Assembly (NCBI GenBank): GCA_963827685.1
Contig: CAWHBU010000004.1
Coordinates: 608,001-672,000, forward strand
Length of the DNA: 64,000 nucleotides
Direction of reading: 5' to 3'
From: an uncultured delta proteobacterium
Lineage (GTDB): Bacteria; Desulfobacterota; BSN033; UBA1163
How positions within the stretch are numbered: position 1 is the first letter of the stretch; each line of letters opens with the position of its first letter. Below, piece after piece: positions 10,105 to 21,528 of the stretch. The notes under the pieces are model-generated. The model had not been told where the DNA came from. It saw only the letters and a list, made by a program, of their open reading frames with translations, and made no database searches. The translations under genes were made by a program, and so were the position numbers.

Positions 10105-11421
10105 ATGAACAGGTTCGGCAAAGGAATGATCATCTCAGTAATCGTTTTTTTATTCGCGGTGTCGTCATGGACAGTTGCTTTTGGACAGGAGATTAAGATC
10201 GGCGTGATCGGCCCGATGAAATTTGTGCAGGGCCAGGGCCATTGGAACGGGGCAACCATGGCCGCCGAGGAGATTAACGCCAAAGGGGGCATAAAGGTTG
10301 GTGACAAAAAGATGAAAATCAAGCTTGTTCAGGCAGATTCCAACGAATTCCTCAACGTTACGGATGCCACCAACGCCATGGAGCGTTTAATGACCCAGGA
10401 CAAAGTGGATTTCGTTGTCGGCGGTTTCCGAACCGAGGCTGTCCTGCCCATGCAGGACATTGCCATGGAGCACAAGAAGATCTTTATCGGCTGTGGGGCT
10501 GCCCATCCTGAGCTCTGTGAGCGGGTGGCCAAGAACTACAATACCTACAAATATTTTTTCCGGGGCACCCCTTTCAATTCCACATACCTTGTCAGGGCGG
10601 CCTTCTTCCATGTGGGCGCCGTCGCTGCCGTATTGAGACAATCCTTAAACATACCCAAAATAAAGGTCGCTGTCGTTGCGGAAAAGGCCATGTGGGCAGA
10701 TCCGATGATTCCAGCGGCCGAGGGCGCCCTTCCTAAGATGGGTATGGAGGTGGCAGGTGTTTGGAGACCCTCTCCGGTGGCTACGGATGTCGCAGCCGAA
10801 CTGTCCGCCATCCAGCGTTCAGAGGCCCATATTATTTTCACGATTTTTTCCTCGTCGGTGGGAATTCCGTTTGCCAGACAGGCAGGCGAGCTCAAGATCC
10901 CGGCCGTACAGGTCGGCATCAATGTGGAGGCCCAGAAGGAGGGTTTCTGGCAGGCAACTCAGGGGATGGGTAACTACGTGATGACCTCGAATACCTATGC
11001 CCGTGGGGTCGAGGCCAATGAACTCACAAAGCCTTTTGTTGATGGCTATGTGAAAAGATTCGGCGAGGTGCCGACCTACACCGCGGATACCTACGCCACT
11101 ATTGTCTACACGCTTGCGCCGACCATCGAGCAGGCCGGGACCCTCGATTCCGACAAGCTGGTGTCCATCCTGGAGGAGCGTGTGTACAAGACCCCGCCTA
11201 GCACAATAAAATATATGAAGGATGCTGAAGGCCGACCTCTCCACGATCTAACATTTGGGCCGGGGTACGCAACCGGCATTGCCACTCAATGGCAGGACGG
11301 GAAGATAATGGGTGTCTGGCCTTACAAGTGGAAGATGACCCCAGAGTCACCTGAAGTCACATACAAAGGTATTGTCCCCATTAAGATACCGCCCTGGATG
11401 ATCGAGAAGTATAAAAAGTAA
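10105..11421 (+). CDS. Orphan Liv-family ABC substrate-binding protein
   Basis: Signal peptide; IKIGVIGP, AAEEINAKGG and VVGGFRTE motifs; SD AGGAGG. Confidence 0.9.
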   Translation: MNRFGKGMIISVIVFLFAVSSWTVAFGQEIKIGVIGPMKFVQGQGHWNGATMAAEEINAKGGIKVGDKKMKIKLVQADSNEFLNVTDATNAMERLMTQDKVDFVVGGFRTEAVLPMQDIAMEHKKIFIGCGAAHPELCERVAKNYNTYKYFFRGTPFNSTYLVRAAFFHVGAVAAVLRQSLNIPKIKVAVVAEKAMWADPMIPAAEGALPKMGMEVAGVWRPSPVATDVAAELSAIQRSEAHIIFTIFSSSVGIPFARQAGELKIPAVQVGINVEAQKEGFWQATQGMGNYVMTSNTYARGVEANELTKPFVDGYVKRFGEVPTYTADTYATIVYTLAPTIEQAGTLDSDKLVSILEERVYKTPPSTIKYMKDAEGRPLHDLTFGPGYATGIATQWQDGKIMGVWPYKWKMTPESPEVTYKGIVPIKIPPWMIEKYKK

Positions 11422-11438
11422 TTTATCTGCTATGTGGC

Positions 11439-11480
11439 ACGGCCCGCTCCTTCGAGCTTCAAAGAGAAGGGGCGGGCCGT
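11439..11480 (+). terminator. Stem-loop after the binding-protein gene
   Basis: ACGGCCCGCTCCTTC...GAAGGGGCGGGCCGT stem. Confidence 0.55.
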
Positions 11481-11515
11481 TTCCATATTCTCCGAGCTAC
11501 TGAGGGAATCCCGCT

Positions 11516-11578
11516 CTCGTCATAGGCATCATCATAGGTGGTCTCATCAGTGGGAGTGTATACGCCCTTCTTTTTTGA
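11516..11578 (+). pseudogene. Remnant of livH-type permease N-terminus
   Basis: Translates LVIGIIIGGLISGSVYALLF*, the typical LivH first helix; no start codon, SD GAGGGA upstream. Confidence 0.55.
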
Positions 11579-11911
11579 CCTCTCAGGAATGCATCAAGTA
11601 TTTGGGCGACGGGTTTACGTCGTGTGTGAGGGAGTTTTTCTACTTGGTTGAATTGTCTCCGCAGGCGGGTGTCAGGGAATTTATCTAAGTGGATCCATTG
11701 CAGTGCTGTAAGTAAGGCGTCTGGAAAAGGAGATGACCTCTGATAAGAAATCATCGAAACTTGTCGATAAGCTTGATTCGCATTTCATGGCACCATGATT
11801 GACACCATGATGTGCCATAGTCTTTTTTCTTTTCCGTATAATCCTGCTTGCAGAAAAAATACGTCGGCGATACCTGTCTGCTGGCAGACGGGAATGCTGA
11901 CGCTATATCCC

Positions 11912-13504
11912 TCATAAAACATACTGATACCTTGAACGAAACACAGGGTCAGCAGGCAACTTTTTGATCGGATGATCACCATTGGCAGCGGCATGTTCCA
12001 ACGATTTGAATACGATCTCCACCTCTTCCGGGGCACCGATGGCCGAGGCGATCTCCTCTGATGTGAAAGACTTTCCCTTTTCTTTTTTAAGAAAGGCAAG
12101 GGCTTTGGCCTGGAGCTGAATCACCAATCCCGCCGCTTTTTTGCCTGCCTCCACACCGGGCTGATGATAGGCATTGACATGGATCAGTGATGCATAGAAG
12201 CCCACGGCCCGCTCATAGAGCGCGATTAAGGTGCCGATGGAGCGGGGATCTACCTTTTCAATCGTAAGGGTGATGGATTCCCGGTCCTTCTCGCTCAGGG
12301 CCCTTCGGGTCCCCTGGAGAAAAGCGTTTAGATAATCGCCGCTGGTGGCCTTCCCGTCCAGCACTAAAGAACGACCTTGGCGGTCCTTGAGCACCTCAAT
12401 GAGGGTGACAAAGAAGTTGTTCAGCCCTTCGCGAAGCTGCTGGACATAAGCGTGTTGATCGGTAGAACCCTTATTGCCGTAAACCGAAATCCCCTGATTG
12501 ACGATTTGACCCTTGAGGTCTCTTTCTTTGCCAAGGGACTCCATGATGAGCTGCTGGAGGTATTTCGGAAAAAGCTGGAGTCTATCCTTATAGGGGAGGA
12601 TGACCATATCCTTTTTCCCGCAGCCTCCGGTGGCGTGATACCACGCAAGGGCCAAAAGAGCTGCAGGGTTGGCCCGGGAGTCCTTTTTCCGGGTTACTTC
12701 ATCGCAGAGACGGGCACCTTCCAAGAGTGCGTCGATATCGATACCCTGGAGCGCAGCGGGAAGAAGTCCTACCGCAGAAGTCTCCGAGGTTCTCCCCCCC
12801 ACCCAGTCCCACATCGGAAAACGCGCGATCCATCCTTCCTTTTTTGCCAGCCGGTCAACATCGCTATTGACCTCGGTAATCGCGACGGCGTGTTTCTCAA
12901 AACGAAGCCCCGTTGCTTGATAAGCAGCCTTTGCCTCAAGCATTCCATTCCGGGTTTCTATCGTGCCGCCACTTTTTGAGATAACAATGGTCATGGTCTC
13001 TGATAAGACACCTTTCATTTCTTTTAAGATCCGGTCGAATCCATCCGGATCGGTATTATCAAAAAAATAGGGTCTGATGGAGTCTTTGGAGGTCTTAAGC
13101 GCATCGGATACAAACTGAGGGCCCAGGGCCGATCCGCCGATGCCGATGATCAGCATACGGGAAAAAGGTTTGCCTTTTTGGGATTTTATCTTTCCGGCAT
13201 GAACCTTTTTAACAAAATCTTTGATGGCCTGGAGGGTTTTCTCAATGTCGCGGGTAATTTCTCTTTCGGGGGCCAATTCCGGGGCACGGAGCCAGTAATG
13301 GCCAACCATCCGATTCTCATCAGGGTTTGCAATGGCCCCAGATTCAATGGCCTCCATATCCTTAAAGGCTTTTTGGATCGGAGGGCCCATCCGATTGAAA
13401 TAATCATCCGGAAACATCATGCGGCTGATATCCACCATCAGCCCGATTTCAGGATTGAAATTGAGATACTCTTTATACCGTTCCCATTGTTCGATGCTTT
13501 TCAT
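11912..13504 (-). CDS. pgi: Glucose-6-phosphate isomerase
   Basis: [39 protein letters not shown]. Confidence 0.96.
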   Translation of the reverse strand: MKSIEQWERYKEYLNFNPEIGLMVDISRMMFPDDYFNRMGPPIQKAFKDMEAIESGAIANPDENRMVGHYWLRAPELAPEREITRDIEKTLQAIKDFVKKVHAGKIKSQKGKPFSRMLIIGIGGSALGPQFVSDALKTSKDSIRPYFFDNTDPDGFDRILKEMKGVLSETMTIVISKSGGTIETRNGMLEAKAAYQATGLRFEKHAVAITEVNSDVDRLAKKEGWIARFPMWDWVGGRTSETSAVGLLPAALQGIDIDALLEGARLCDEVTRKKDSRANPAALLALAWYHATGGCGKKDMVILPYKDRLQLFPKYLQQLIMESLGKERDLKGQIVNQGISVYGNKGSTDQHAYVQQLREGLNNFFVTLIEVLKDRQGRSLVLDGKATSGDYLNAFLQGTRRALSEKDRESITLTIEKVDPRSIGTLIALYERAVGFYASLIHVNAYHQPGVEAGKKAAGLVIQLQAKALAFLKKEKGKSFTSEEIASAIGAPEEVEIVFKSLEHAAANGDHPIKKLPADPVFRSRYQYVL

Positions 13505-13608
13505 CAGTCGCCCCCATATAACCTGATTTTAAGATGTGCCATTAGGCGCTTAGCACATCAACATCGACATAAAATTGTCAATATCGTTTAGGTTGTTCTT
13601 AATAACAT

Positions 13609-13673
13609 TGTAGCGCCCCCATTTATTGGGGGCGAATTCAGAATTTTCGTCGGCAATAAATGCCGACGCTACA
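13609..13673. repeat. GTAG-type REP doublet
   Basis: TGTAGCGCCCCCATTTATTGGGGGCG paired with inverted CGTCGGCAATAAATGCCGACGCTACA. Confidence 0.6.
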
Positions 13674-13710
13674 TCTTATCTCCCTTACATCCTGATTTCT
13701 AGAGGGACTC

Positions 13711-14727
13711 CTAAGCCTTTAAGAGATTCGCGGCACGGGAGGCTGCACCGAGAAGAGCTGTCCTTTCATTCATAATGACTCTGACGGGAATCTGAGACAC
13801 AATACGGGACAGCCTTCCTTTATCCTTGAAAGCCTTCATGAAAGTTCCGTCTTTCAGCTTCCAGATGATCTTAGGAGCAATTCCACCTCCGATATAGACC
13901 CCTCCCACCGACATGACTTGAAGGGCGAGATTTCCGGCTGCCGCACCGTAGATGGAAGTGAAGAGATCCAGGGCCTTCACACACAACCTATTCTTCTTGA
14001 GGAGAGCCGTCTCAGAAATCACTTCAGCCGGGTCTTTTCCTTTCATCTTTTCGGAGAGCCACGATGGCTCAAGGCCGAACCTTTTCGAGCCTTTCAGGAA
14101 TTGATAGATATGGAAAAGGCCCTCTCCTGAAAGAATTCGTTCATAACTGACATGATCGAAGGAACCGGAGAGGTAATGAAACAGCTCCAACTCCAGATGG
14201 TTTCTGGGCCCGAATTCAGCATGCCCTCCCTCAGAAGGAGAGGGCACATGTTGTTTCCCGTCCCAAAAAAGAATTGCCTCTCCAAGGCCTGTTCCGGCGG
14301 AGATCAGGGCTTGATTCCCCTTTTTTGTTCTGCCCGCATTTAAAATTTCAAAGTCCCCCTTCTTCAAAACAGAAATTCCATAAGCATTGGCAACGAGGTC
14401 ATTGATCACTTCCACCCTTTTGAGAGAGAGTACCTTTTGAAGGGATTGAATATTTATCCACCACGGAAGGTTTGTGGCGATGATGATTTCCTCAGTGACG
14501 GGGCCCGCCACGCCGAAACATGCTGAAGCAATCCCCCTCCGGTTTCTCAGAAAATGGCCGAGGATATTCTCCAATCCCTTATAATTTTTGCTTAAATAGT
14601 TTTTCTCAGACAGGAGGCGGAGGCGACCCCGCTTTACTTCAAAAAGCCCAAGGCGAGTGTTTGTTCCGCCCACATCTCCAGCGAGGATCAATTCAGATTT
14701 ACTCTTTTTCATTTTCACCTCTGCCAT
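13711..14727 (-). CDS. glk: Glucokinase (start could be 14712 or 14727)
   Basis: GDVGGTNTR, VINDL, GTGLG, SEGGH, GGGIAP. Confidence 0.95.
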   Translation of the reverse strand: MAEVKMKKSKSELILAGDVGGTNTRLGLFEVKRGRLRLLSEKNYLSKNYKGLENILGHFLRNRRGIASACFGVAGPVTEEIIIATNLPWWINIQSLQKVLSLKRVEVINDLVANAYGISVLKKGDFEILNAGRTKKGNQALISAGTGLGEAILFWDGKQHVPSPSEGGHAEFGPRNHLELELFHYLSGSFDHVSYERILSGEGLFHIYQFLKGSKRFGLEPSWLSEKMKGKDPAEVISETALLKKNRLCVKALDLFTSIYGAAAGNLALQVMSVGGVYIGGGIAPKIIWKLKDGTFMKAFKDKGRLSRIVSQIPVRVIMNERTALLGAASRAANLLKA

Positions 14728-15005
14728 CGAATCCCTCAAAGGTCGAGATAAATCAAACATCAAGATAGTTTATACATACACAGGAGTCCCCTGTCAATAT
14801 CATATCACTGTGGATTGGTTTTCTGAGTGATAGGGAGGGAAGAATAAGATCAGATTGTCTCATAAAATTTGACCGGAAAATAGGGTGAACCCCGTAGTCC
14901 CTGGTTAGAAAGACAGTATTTTTAAGAACGAATGATGAAAGAGGTTGAAAATCAAAGGATAAGATGTATAGAGTGGTTTTAGGATGGTTTCAGATTTAAG
15001 GAGGG

Positions 15006-15848
15006 ATGAAAATGGAGATCAAGATGATCGGAGTGCTTGGAGCAGGGCAAATGGGAAGCGGGATTGCCGAGGTGGCCCTCACTTCTGGGTTCAATGTCCT
15101 AATGAGAGATGTGACCGTGGAGGCAGTCCAGAAGGGGAAATTGAGAATTGTCACAGATTTTGACAGGCGTATCGAAAAAGGGAAAATGACGGCCCCTGAA
15201 GAAGAGACGATACTCCAGAGGCTTTCGACAACGACAAAGCTGGAAGATTTTGATAAGTGTGATTTCGTCATCGAAGCCGTGGTTGAGAATATCCCTTTGA
15301 AATGGGATGTCTTCAGAAAGCTCGACAAATTGACAGGGAAGGAAACAATGCTTGCAAGCAATACGTCTTCCATCTCCATCACCCGGATCGCTTCAGTGAC
15401 CAGGAGGCCGGATCGGGTGATCGGAATGCATTTTTTCAATCCAGCGCCTGTCATGAAATTGATTGAGATCGTCCGGGGGCTGGTCACTTCGGAGGAAACC
15501 TTTCGTATGGCTCGTGAGCTCAGTTTGAAATTGGGCAAAACTCCTTTTGAGGCAAATGATTTTCCCGGTTTTGTATCGAGTCGGCTGATTTTTAGCTATA
15601 TGAATGAAGCCGTCACCACTCTCTATGAAGGCCTGGGAAAAGCAGAAGATATTGATGCCATCATGAAGATGGGGGCCAATCATCCAATGGGCCCTTTAGC
15701 GCTTGCTGATTTAGTGGGACTGGATACCTGCCTGTCCGTCATGAATGTTCTCCAGGAGGCGTTTGGAGATAAATATCGGCCCTGCCCCCTCCTCGCCAAA
15801 TATGTGGAAGCAGGATATCTGGGAGTGAAGACGGGCAGGGGATTCTAG
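15006..15848 (+). CDS. hbd: 3-hydroxybutyryl-CoA dehydrogenase
   Basis: GAGQMGSG Rossmann motif, SNTSS, GMHFFNP, GANHPMGP. Confidence 0.93.
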   Translation: MKMEIKMIGVLGAGQMGSGIAEVALTSGFNVLMRDVTVEAVQKGKLRIVTDFDRRIEKGKMTAPEEETILQRLSTTTKLEDFDKCDFVIEAVVENIPLKWDVFRKLDKLTGKETMLASNTSSISITRIASVTRRPDRVIGMHFFNPAPVMKLIEIVRGLVTSEETFRMARELSLKLGKTPFEANDFPGFVSSRLIFSYMNEAVTTLYEGLGKAEDIDAIMKMGANHPMGPLALADLVGLDTCLSVMNVLQEAFGDKYRPCPLLAKYVEAGYLGVKTGRGF

Positions 15849-15865
15849 GAATATGGAGGGAAGAA

Positions 15866-17031
15866 ATGATCGGGTTTGATTTAACGCCGGAACAGAAGAC
15901 CCTTCAAGAAAGGGCGAGACGTTTTTCTAAAGAAGTGATTCTGCCTGTGGCAGCCCAACATGATCGGGACGGAACCTTTCCTCTCGATGTGATGGAGAAG
16001 GCTCACCAGGAAGGGTACTTCACCCCGCTGGTTCCCAAAAAATATGGTGGGCGAGGCTTGGGCGTATTGGATACCTGCATTCTCTCAGAGGAACTGGCAG
16101 CAGGCTGCATGGGGATGTACGTCTCCATCTTTGTGAGTACGTTGGCACTCTATCCCATCATAAAGTTTGGGACAGAGGATCAGAAGAAGCGCTTTCTCAG
16201 GCCTTTCTGCTCAAAGTTTAGCATCGCCTCTTACTGTTTGAGTGAAGCGACAGTAGGATCGGATCCTGCTTCCATGCGGACCACTGCCGTTCTCGGCGGA
16301 GACCACTATCTCCTCAACGGAGACAAGATGTGGATCACCAATGGAGGATACGCCGATTTTTATCTCGTGTTTGCGACCACTGATCCTAAGAAAAAACATA
16401 AAGGGATCATCAGCCTCATCGTCCCTTCCCATTTAGAAGGGGTCAGTCATGGAGAGCCGATTGACAAGATGGGTCAGAGGGCTTCCAATACCACTTCGAT
16501 GATCTTCAAGAATGTGAGGGTTCCCAAGGAAAATCTCCTGGGGGGAGAAGAGGAGGGGGGGAGGGGTTTAAAAAGGCAATGGCTGCGCTCGATATCACCC
16601 GGCCGATGGTTGCCGTGGGATCCGTCGGGATGGCACGGACGGCTTTGGAATTGGCCACGCAATATGCGAAGAAAAGAATTCAATTTGGGGTTCCCATAGC
16701 CCAGCACCAGGCTGTTCGATTTATGCTGGCGGACATGGCGAAGGATATTGAGGCGGCAAGGCTTCTGGTCTGGAAGGCTGCGTGGCTGGCAGATCAGGGA
16801 ATTCGGAATTCGAAAGAGGCGGCCATCGCAAAGGCCTTTGCAGCGGATATGGCCATGCAGGTGACGACGAATGCCGTTCAAATCTATGGTGGGATGGGAT
16901 ACACGAAATGGCATCCGGTGGAGAAGTTGATGAGAGATGCAAAAGTCATTCAGATCTATGAGGGGACAGCCCAGATCATGAGGCTCATCATTGCTCGACG
17001 GTTGCTTGAGGAGACGGAGAGAACCGTTTAG
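15866..17031 (+). CDS. Acyl-CoA dehydrogenase (butyryl-CoA DH-like), frameshifted at G7 run 16555-16561
   Basis: N-half (LSEATVGSD, KMWITNG) and C-half (RIQFG, GGMGY, QIYEGT) lie in different frames joined at a poly-G tract. Confidence 0.88.
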
Positions 17032-17416
17032 CAGGCTGTCGAAAAATCCTAATACTCCGACATCGAACATATCAGACTTCCTTCCACAGAATTGATCTCG
17101 AGGACGCAAAAGGGAGCCTTCCCTCCTGTTGGTTTCCCTCAAAACAGTCTGATAGCGCCCATTTAATCAGTAAAATTGAGTCAAAATAATTTGCAAAATG
17201 ACATCGTGATCTATTACATTCTCATTAAAACAGAAGGATATACATGTGAGAAGAAAAATTATGACAAACAAGGAAGAGGATTATAAGAATAATCCTGGAT
17301 GCCGGAATTGTCCTTATTTTATAAATAAGCTTGTCTGTCCATTTCGTCGAAAAAATGCGGCGAAAGGGCATGCATCTCATCATTCAGGTACACGTCAGAG
17401 ATAGAACGAATGAGGG

Positions 17417-18885
17417 ATGTTATCCCTCTTGACAGGGTGCCCTTTAATGGGCGATCCTATTATAAGTATAGGCGGATCACCATACCGAGCGAAGACTTTT
17501 ATGACCCCAAAATCTATCGATCATACACTGGACCAATTGGATAGAGACCTTCTCGAAGCGATCGTTGACAATCCCTATGAGTGCCCTGTGATCATTGACA
17601 CGAAGGGGATTATCCGCTTCATAAGCCACTATAGCAAGGACCTGATAGGGGTTGATCCTGTTACGGCAATAGGCCGGCATGTGAAAGAGGTCATCAAAGA
17701 AACGAATTTGCACGAGGTTGTGAAAACGGGTCGGGCTAAGATCGGGGAAACTCTCTTCATTGGCGGAAGGCTGCAAATTATTTCCAGAATTCCGCTGAGA
17801 AATCGGGAAGGGAAGATTGTTGGCGCTGTCGGCAAGGCCATGCTTCATCACGAGTCAAAAGTGATGGAAATCCAGAGACGTCTCGACGTACTCAACAGCA
17901 AGCTGAAATATTACAAGGATGAAATCAAGAGCCTGAAGGGACCCAGAGTCCTTATCGGCCAATCCGATCTGATTCAAAGGGCAAAGAAGTTAGCCTTGCA
18001 GGTCAGCGGTAGTGATTTTCCGGTTCTGATCACCGGAGAATCGGGGACCGGCAAAGAGACGATTGCCTATTATATCCATAGAAATAGCAAGCGAGCAAAC
18101 GGCCCTTTCATCAGAGTCAATTGTGCAGCCATTCCCCCGGAATTGATCGAGAGCGAGCTTTTTGGCTACGAGGCAGGCGCGTTTACTGGGGCCGGGCTCA
18201 GGGAAAGCCGGGGAAATTTGAGCTTGCAAACAACGGAACCATTCTCCTTGATGAAATCGGCGACATGCCTTTGACCATGCAGGCGAAACTTCTGAGAGTT
18301 CTTCAGGAACAAGAGTTGGAACATATCGGCGGGACCGCAACGATCAAGCTTGACTACCGGCTTATCGTATCTACAAACAAGAACCTCCAGGAGATGATGA
18401 AGCAAGGAACTTTTCGAGAGGATCTTTATTACCGCATCAGCTCCTTCCACATCCATGCACCGAGCCTCCGGAGCATACCGGAAGATATTCCGGCCATTGC
18501 CCGTCACCTGATGTCTATCTTGAATCAGGAGGTCGGGTCTTCCCCCACGGACATATCCGATGAGACGATGAAAATGCTCAAGAAATATCAATGGCCGGGG
18601 AACGTCCGGGAATTGAAAAATGTTCTGGAGAGAGGGCTAATCACGGCAAGAGGCGGACAACTCAAACCTGAGCATCTCCCGGGACGAATCACCCAGCTCG
18701 AGATGATGAACGAGGGTTTCATCCGACCCGACGGCTCTTTAAGGGATACGCTGGCGGATATGGAAAGGCAGATCATCGCGGATACCCTGCGGTCTGTGGG
18801 GGGGAACAGGATAAAGGCAGCTAAAATTCTGGGAATCCACAGGTCCTCACTTTACGAAAAAATGAAACAGCATAACGTCCTGTAA
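17417..18885 (+). CDS. PAS-domain sigma54-dependent activator, frameshifted near 18192 (start may be 17501)
   Basis: GESGTGKE and [15 protein letters not shown] in one frame; [26 protein letters not shown] and Fis HTH in the next. Confidence 0.88.
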
Positions 18886-19065
18886 ATCAGACATGTCTTA
18901 AATGCAAGACATAAATAAATCTTGTAATATGATTAATGAATTACAATTTTTTGTCCGCTCTGATGTCCGGATTTCAGAACATTGTTCCTCGCTTCAAAAG
19001 GCCTTTTTTAATTTCTTATTTATAAAGGTCGTTAGATATCAAATAGTTATGATTTTTATGGCGGG

Positions 19066-19081
19066 TGGCATGGTCTTTGCT
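19066..19081 (+). promoter_or_regulatory. Sigma54 -24/-12 promoter for the acd-etfBA-fixCX operon
   Basis: TGGCATGGTCTTTGCT (GG-N10-GC) directly downstream of the sigma54 activator gene. Confidence 0.8.
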
Positions 19082-19351
19082 CATATAGAAAATCTGGATA
19101 GATTGTTCGGGATGAAGTGTTATTTTGGACCGTAATTTTTCTGCATCTGCTTGTAATTGTATAGTAATTTAGACAGGAGGCTAACCTGGGCGTCATAGAC
19201 GCTCAGCCAAATAGAGCGGAGGCCGTTCATGTCAAATACCATTGCTTGGCACGAATGCGGTTTGGGTATTTATTGTTTTTGGCGCCACCCGGCTTACGCT
19301 GGCGGTGGCCGATTAGAACTTCATTAAATTAAAGAAAGGAGGAAGATCACA

Positions 19352-20584
19352 ATGGAATTCAGAATGAGTACGGAGCAGGAGTTATGGAAAAACACGGTGA
19401 GGGAATTCGCGCAGGCAGAACTGGAGCCCATCGCGCGGAAAATCGACGAGGAGTTGGAGAGAATCCCCAAGGAGGTCGTCAAGAAGATGGCTGATCTTGG
19501 CATCTTCGGAGTGACCATTCCCGAGGAGTATGGCGGCAGCGCCGTGCCCGGAGAGACGTTGCAGTATGCCATGATTACTATTCATGAGATAGCCCGGGCC
19601 GAGCTGAGCATGTCTGTGCCTGTCTACACACTGCTGTGCATCGGATGGGCATTTATGCTTTCTCAGTATGGCACTAAGGAGGCCAAGGAAGAGATATTAC
19701 CCAAAGTGGCAAAAGGCGAATGGTTCTTGGGGATCAATACAACCGAGCCCGGCGGAGGCTCCGACCTTGCCAACATTAAGACCTGGGCCAAGAGCGAAAA
19801 AACCAAGTTCATCGTCAACGGTGAGAAGGCCTACATCAGTGGTGTCAGGGAGTCCAATGAGTGGGGTGGCGGTCATCTAACGCTCTTCAAGTCCGATCCT
19901 ACAAAAGGTTACAAAGGCTCCACGTTTGCCTATTTTCCGGCCAAAGCTCCGGGCACAACCTTTACCGTTTATAAAGACATGGGGCGTATGGGGCTCTCCA
20001 CCGGCGGGTTTGTTTACAAAAACGTCGAGATTCCGAAAAAATACATTCTTGGTGAAGAAGGCAAAGGGTTCTATATCAACATGGAAGGTTTCAATGCCGC
20101 CCGAGTATTAGTGTCAGCCGCTTGCCTGGGAGGAGCTGAGAAGTGCCTGGAAATCGGCCGGGACTACACCAAGCAGAGGATCATCTTCGGCCGGCCCCTG
20201 TCGAGCTTTGAGGGTATCTCCTTCGAGATCGCCGATGACTATTCCAAGTTGGAGATGCTGAAGCTGATGCTTCAGAAGGGGACCTGGATGATCGACCGAT
20301 TCTATGAAGATCGATCCAGCTTTACCAAGGAAGAGATCAACCGGACGATCTCTGTCTGCAAGGCCAATTCGCCGATGCTTGCTGTGGATATCGCGAAACA
20401 TGCCATGATGTACCACGGCGGCTTCGGTTATACCAAGGACACACCGCTTGAGATGGCCCTGAGGGGCGCTATGTCCTATGTGGTTGGAGCAGAGGGCGGT
20501 TATCACGTTCAAAAGATCATCATCGCCCGTGACTACATCGGTGACGAGGGAGTGCCGTATCGCGGTACACAGACAGGTCACTAA
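19352..20584 (+). CDS. Acyl-CoA dehydrogenase
   Basis: TTEPGGGSD, NGEKAYIS, RIIFGRPL, HGGFGY; SD AGGAGG. Confidence 0.92.
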   Translation: MEFRMSTEQELWKNTVREFAQAELEPIARKIDEELERIPKEVVKKMADLGIFGVTIPEEYGGSAVPGETLQYAMITIHEIARAELSMSVPVYTLLCIGWAFMLSQYGTKEAKEEILPKVAKGEWFLGINTTEPGGGSDLANIKTWAKSEKTKFIVNGEKAYISGVRESNEWGGGHLTLFKSDPTKGYKGSTFAYFPAKAPGTTFTVYKDMGRMGLSTGGFVYKNVEIPKKYILGEEGKGFYINMEGFNAARVLVSAACLGGAEKCLEIGRDYTKQRIIFGRPLSSFEGISFEIADDYSKLEMLKLMLQKGTWMIDRFYEDRSSFTKEEINRTISVCKANSPMLAVDIAKHAMMYHGGFGYTKDTPLEMALRGAMSYVVGAEGGYHVQKIIIARDYIGDEGVPYRGTQTGH

Positions 20585-20617
20585 TCCTGTCTGAGACTGA
20601 ATTTTCTTGCACCCAGG

Positions 20618-20650
20618 CTCCAGGGGCAGCTCCGATGGCTGCCCCTGGAG
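20618..20650 (+). other. Intercistronic stem-loop
   Basis: Perfect 13-bp stem CTCCAGGGGCAGC/GCTGCCCCTGGAG. Confidence 0.6.
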
Positions 20651-20740
20651 TTGAGAATGGTGTCGGCCCTCTTATTGGGTTCGCCAGGGTCGATCTGAAG
20701 GTATTTGTGTTTCTTGAGTGAGTGGAAAGGAGGTCAAAAC

Positions 20741-21526
20741 GTGAACATCATCGTATGCCTGAAACAGATCGCTGACCTGAAATACATCCGGATCAAGGAT
20801 CGGAAACCTCTCTTGGAAGGGGCCCCTCTGATCTTCGGAGATATGGACAGAAACGCTCTCGAAGAGGCGATCAGGATCAAAGAGAAAGTCGAGGGAACAA
20901 AGGTGATTGCGCTGGCTCTGGGCGGAGCGAAACTGAAGGAAACGATCAAGGCGGCCTTAGCCATCGGAGCTGATGAAGCGGTCCTGTTGACGGATCCTCT
21001 TTTTGTCAATTCGGACACCGCAGGCACGGCCAGGGCGCTGGGCAAGGCCATCGAGAAGATCGGAGGGTACGATCTTATCCTTTCCGGTGAAGGCTCAACG
21101 GATAATTTTTCGAGCCAGGTTGGACCGAGGTTGGCCGAGATCCTGGGTCTTCCCCAGATCACCTATGTAAGGAAATTGGAGGTCCAGGGAAAGAAGCTGA
21201 GGGCCGTTCGTAACATGGAAGAGAGCTTCGAGGTTGTGGAAGTTGAAATGCCTGCCGTGGTAACCGTCGCGAACGAGATTAATCAGCCACGACTCGCCTT
21301 GCTCAAGGATATATTGAAGGCGGGCAAAAAACCCGTTCAGGACTGGAAGGCCGCAGATCTGGGGCTTTCCGGCGATCAGGTCGGGGTGAAGGGGTCGGTC
21401 AGGGAGATCGTTAGCAATCTTGCCCCGGAGCAAGCAAGAAAGCAGGTGGTTTTCGAAGGCGAGTTAAAAGACGCTGTCGAGAACTTGTTCAACGCTCTTA
21501 CAAAAGAAGGGGCGCTTGGGAGGTAA
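20741..21526 (+). CDS. etfB: Electron transfer flavoprotein beta subunit (FixA-like)
   Basis: GTG start after AGGAGG; IIVCLKQ, DRNALEEA, SQVGPRLAE motifs. Confidence 0.92.
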   Translation: MNIIVCLKQIADLKYIRIKDRKPLLEGAPLIFGDMDRNALEEAIRIKEKVEGTKVIALALGGAKLKETIKAALAIGADEAVLLTDPLFVNSDTAGTARALGKAIEKIGGYDLILSGEGSTDNFSSQVGPRLAEILGLPQITYVRKLEVQGKKLRAVRNMEESFEVVEVEMPAVVTVANEINQPRLALLKDILKAGKKPVQDWKAADLGLSGDQVGVKGSVREIVSNLAPEQARKQVVFEGELKDAVENLFNALTKEGALGR

Positions 21527-21528
21527 TC

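Noticed and set aside
17031-17155. IS1182/IS5-like end remnant (CAGGCTGTCGAAAAA...AACAGTCTG)
   Set aside because: Right end too degenerate and no TSD; not supportable
19246-19262. Second sigma54 promoter (TTGGCACG)
   Set aside because: No GC at the required -12 spacing
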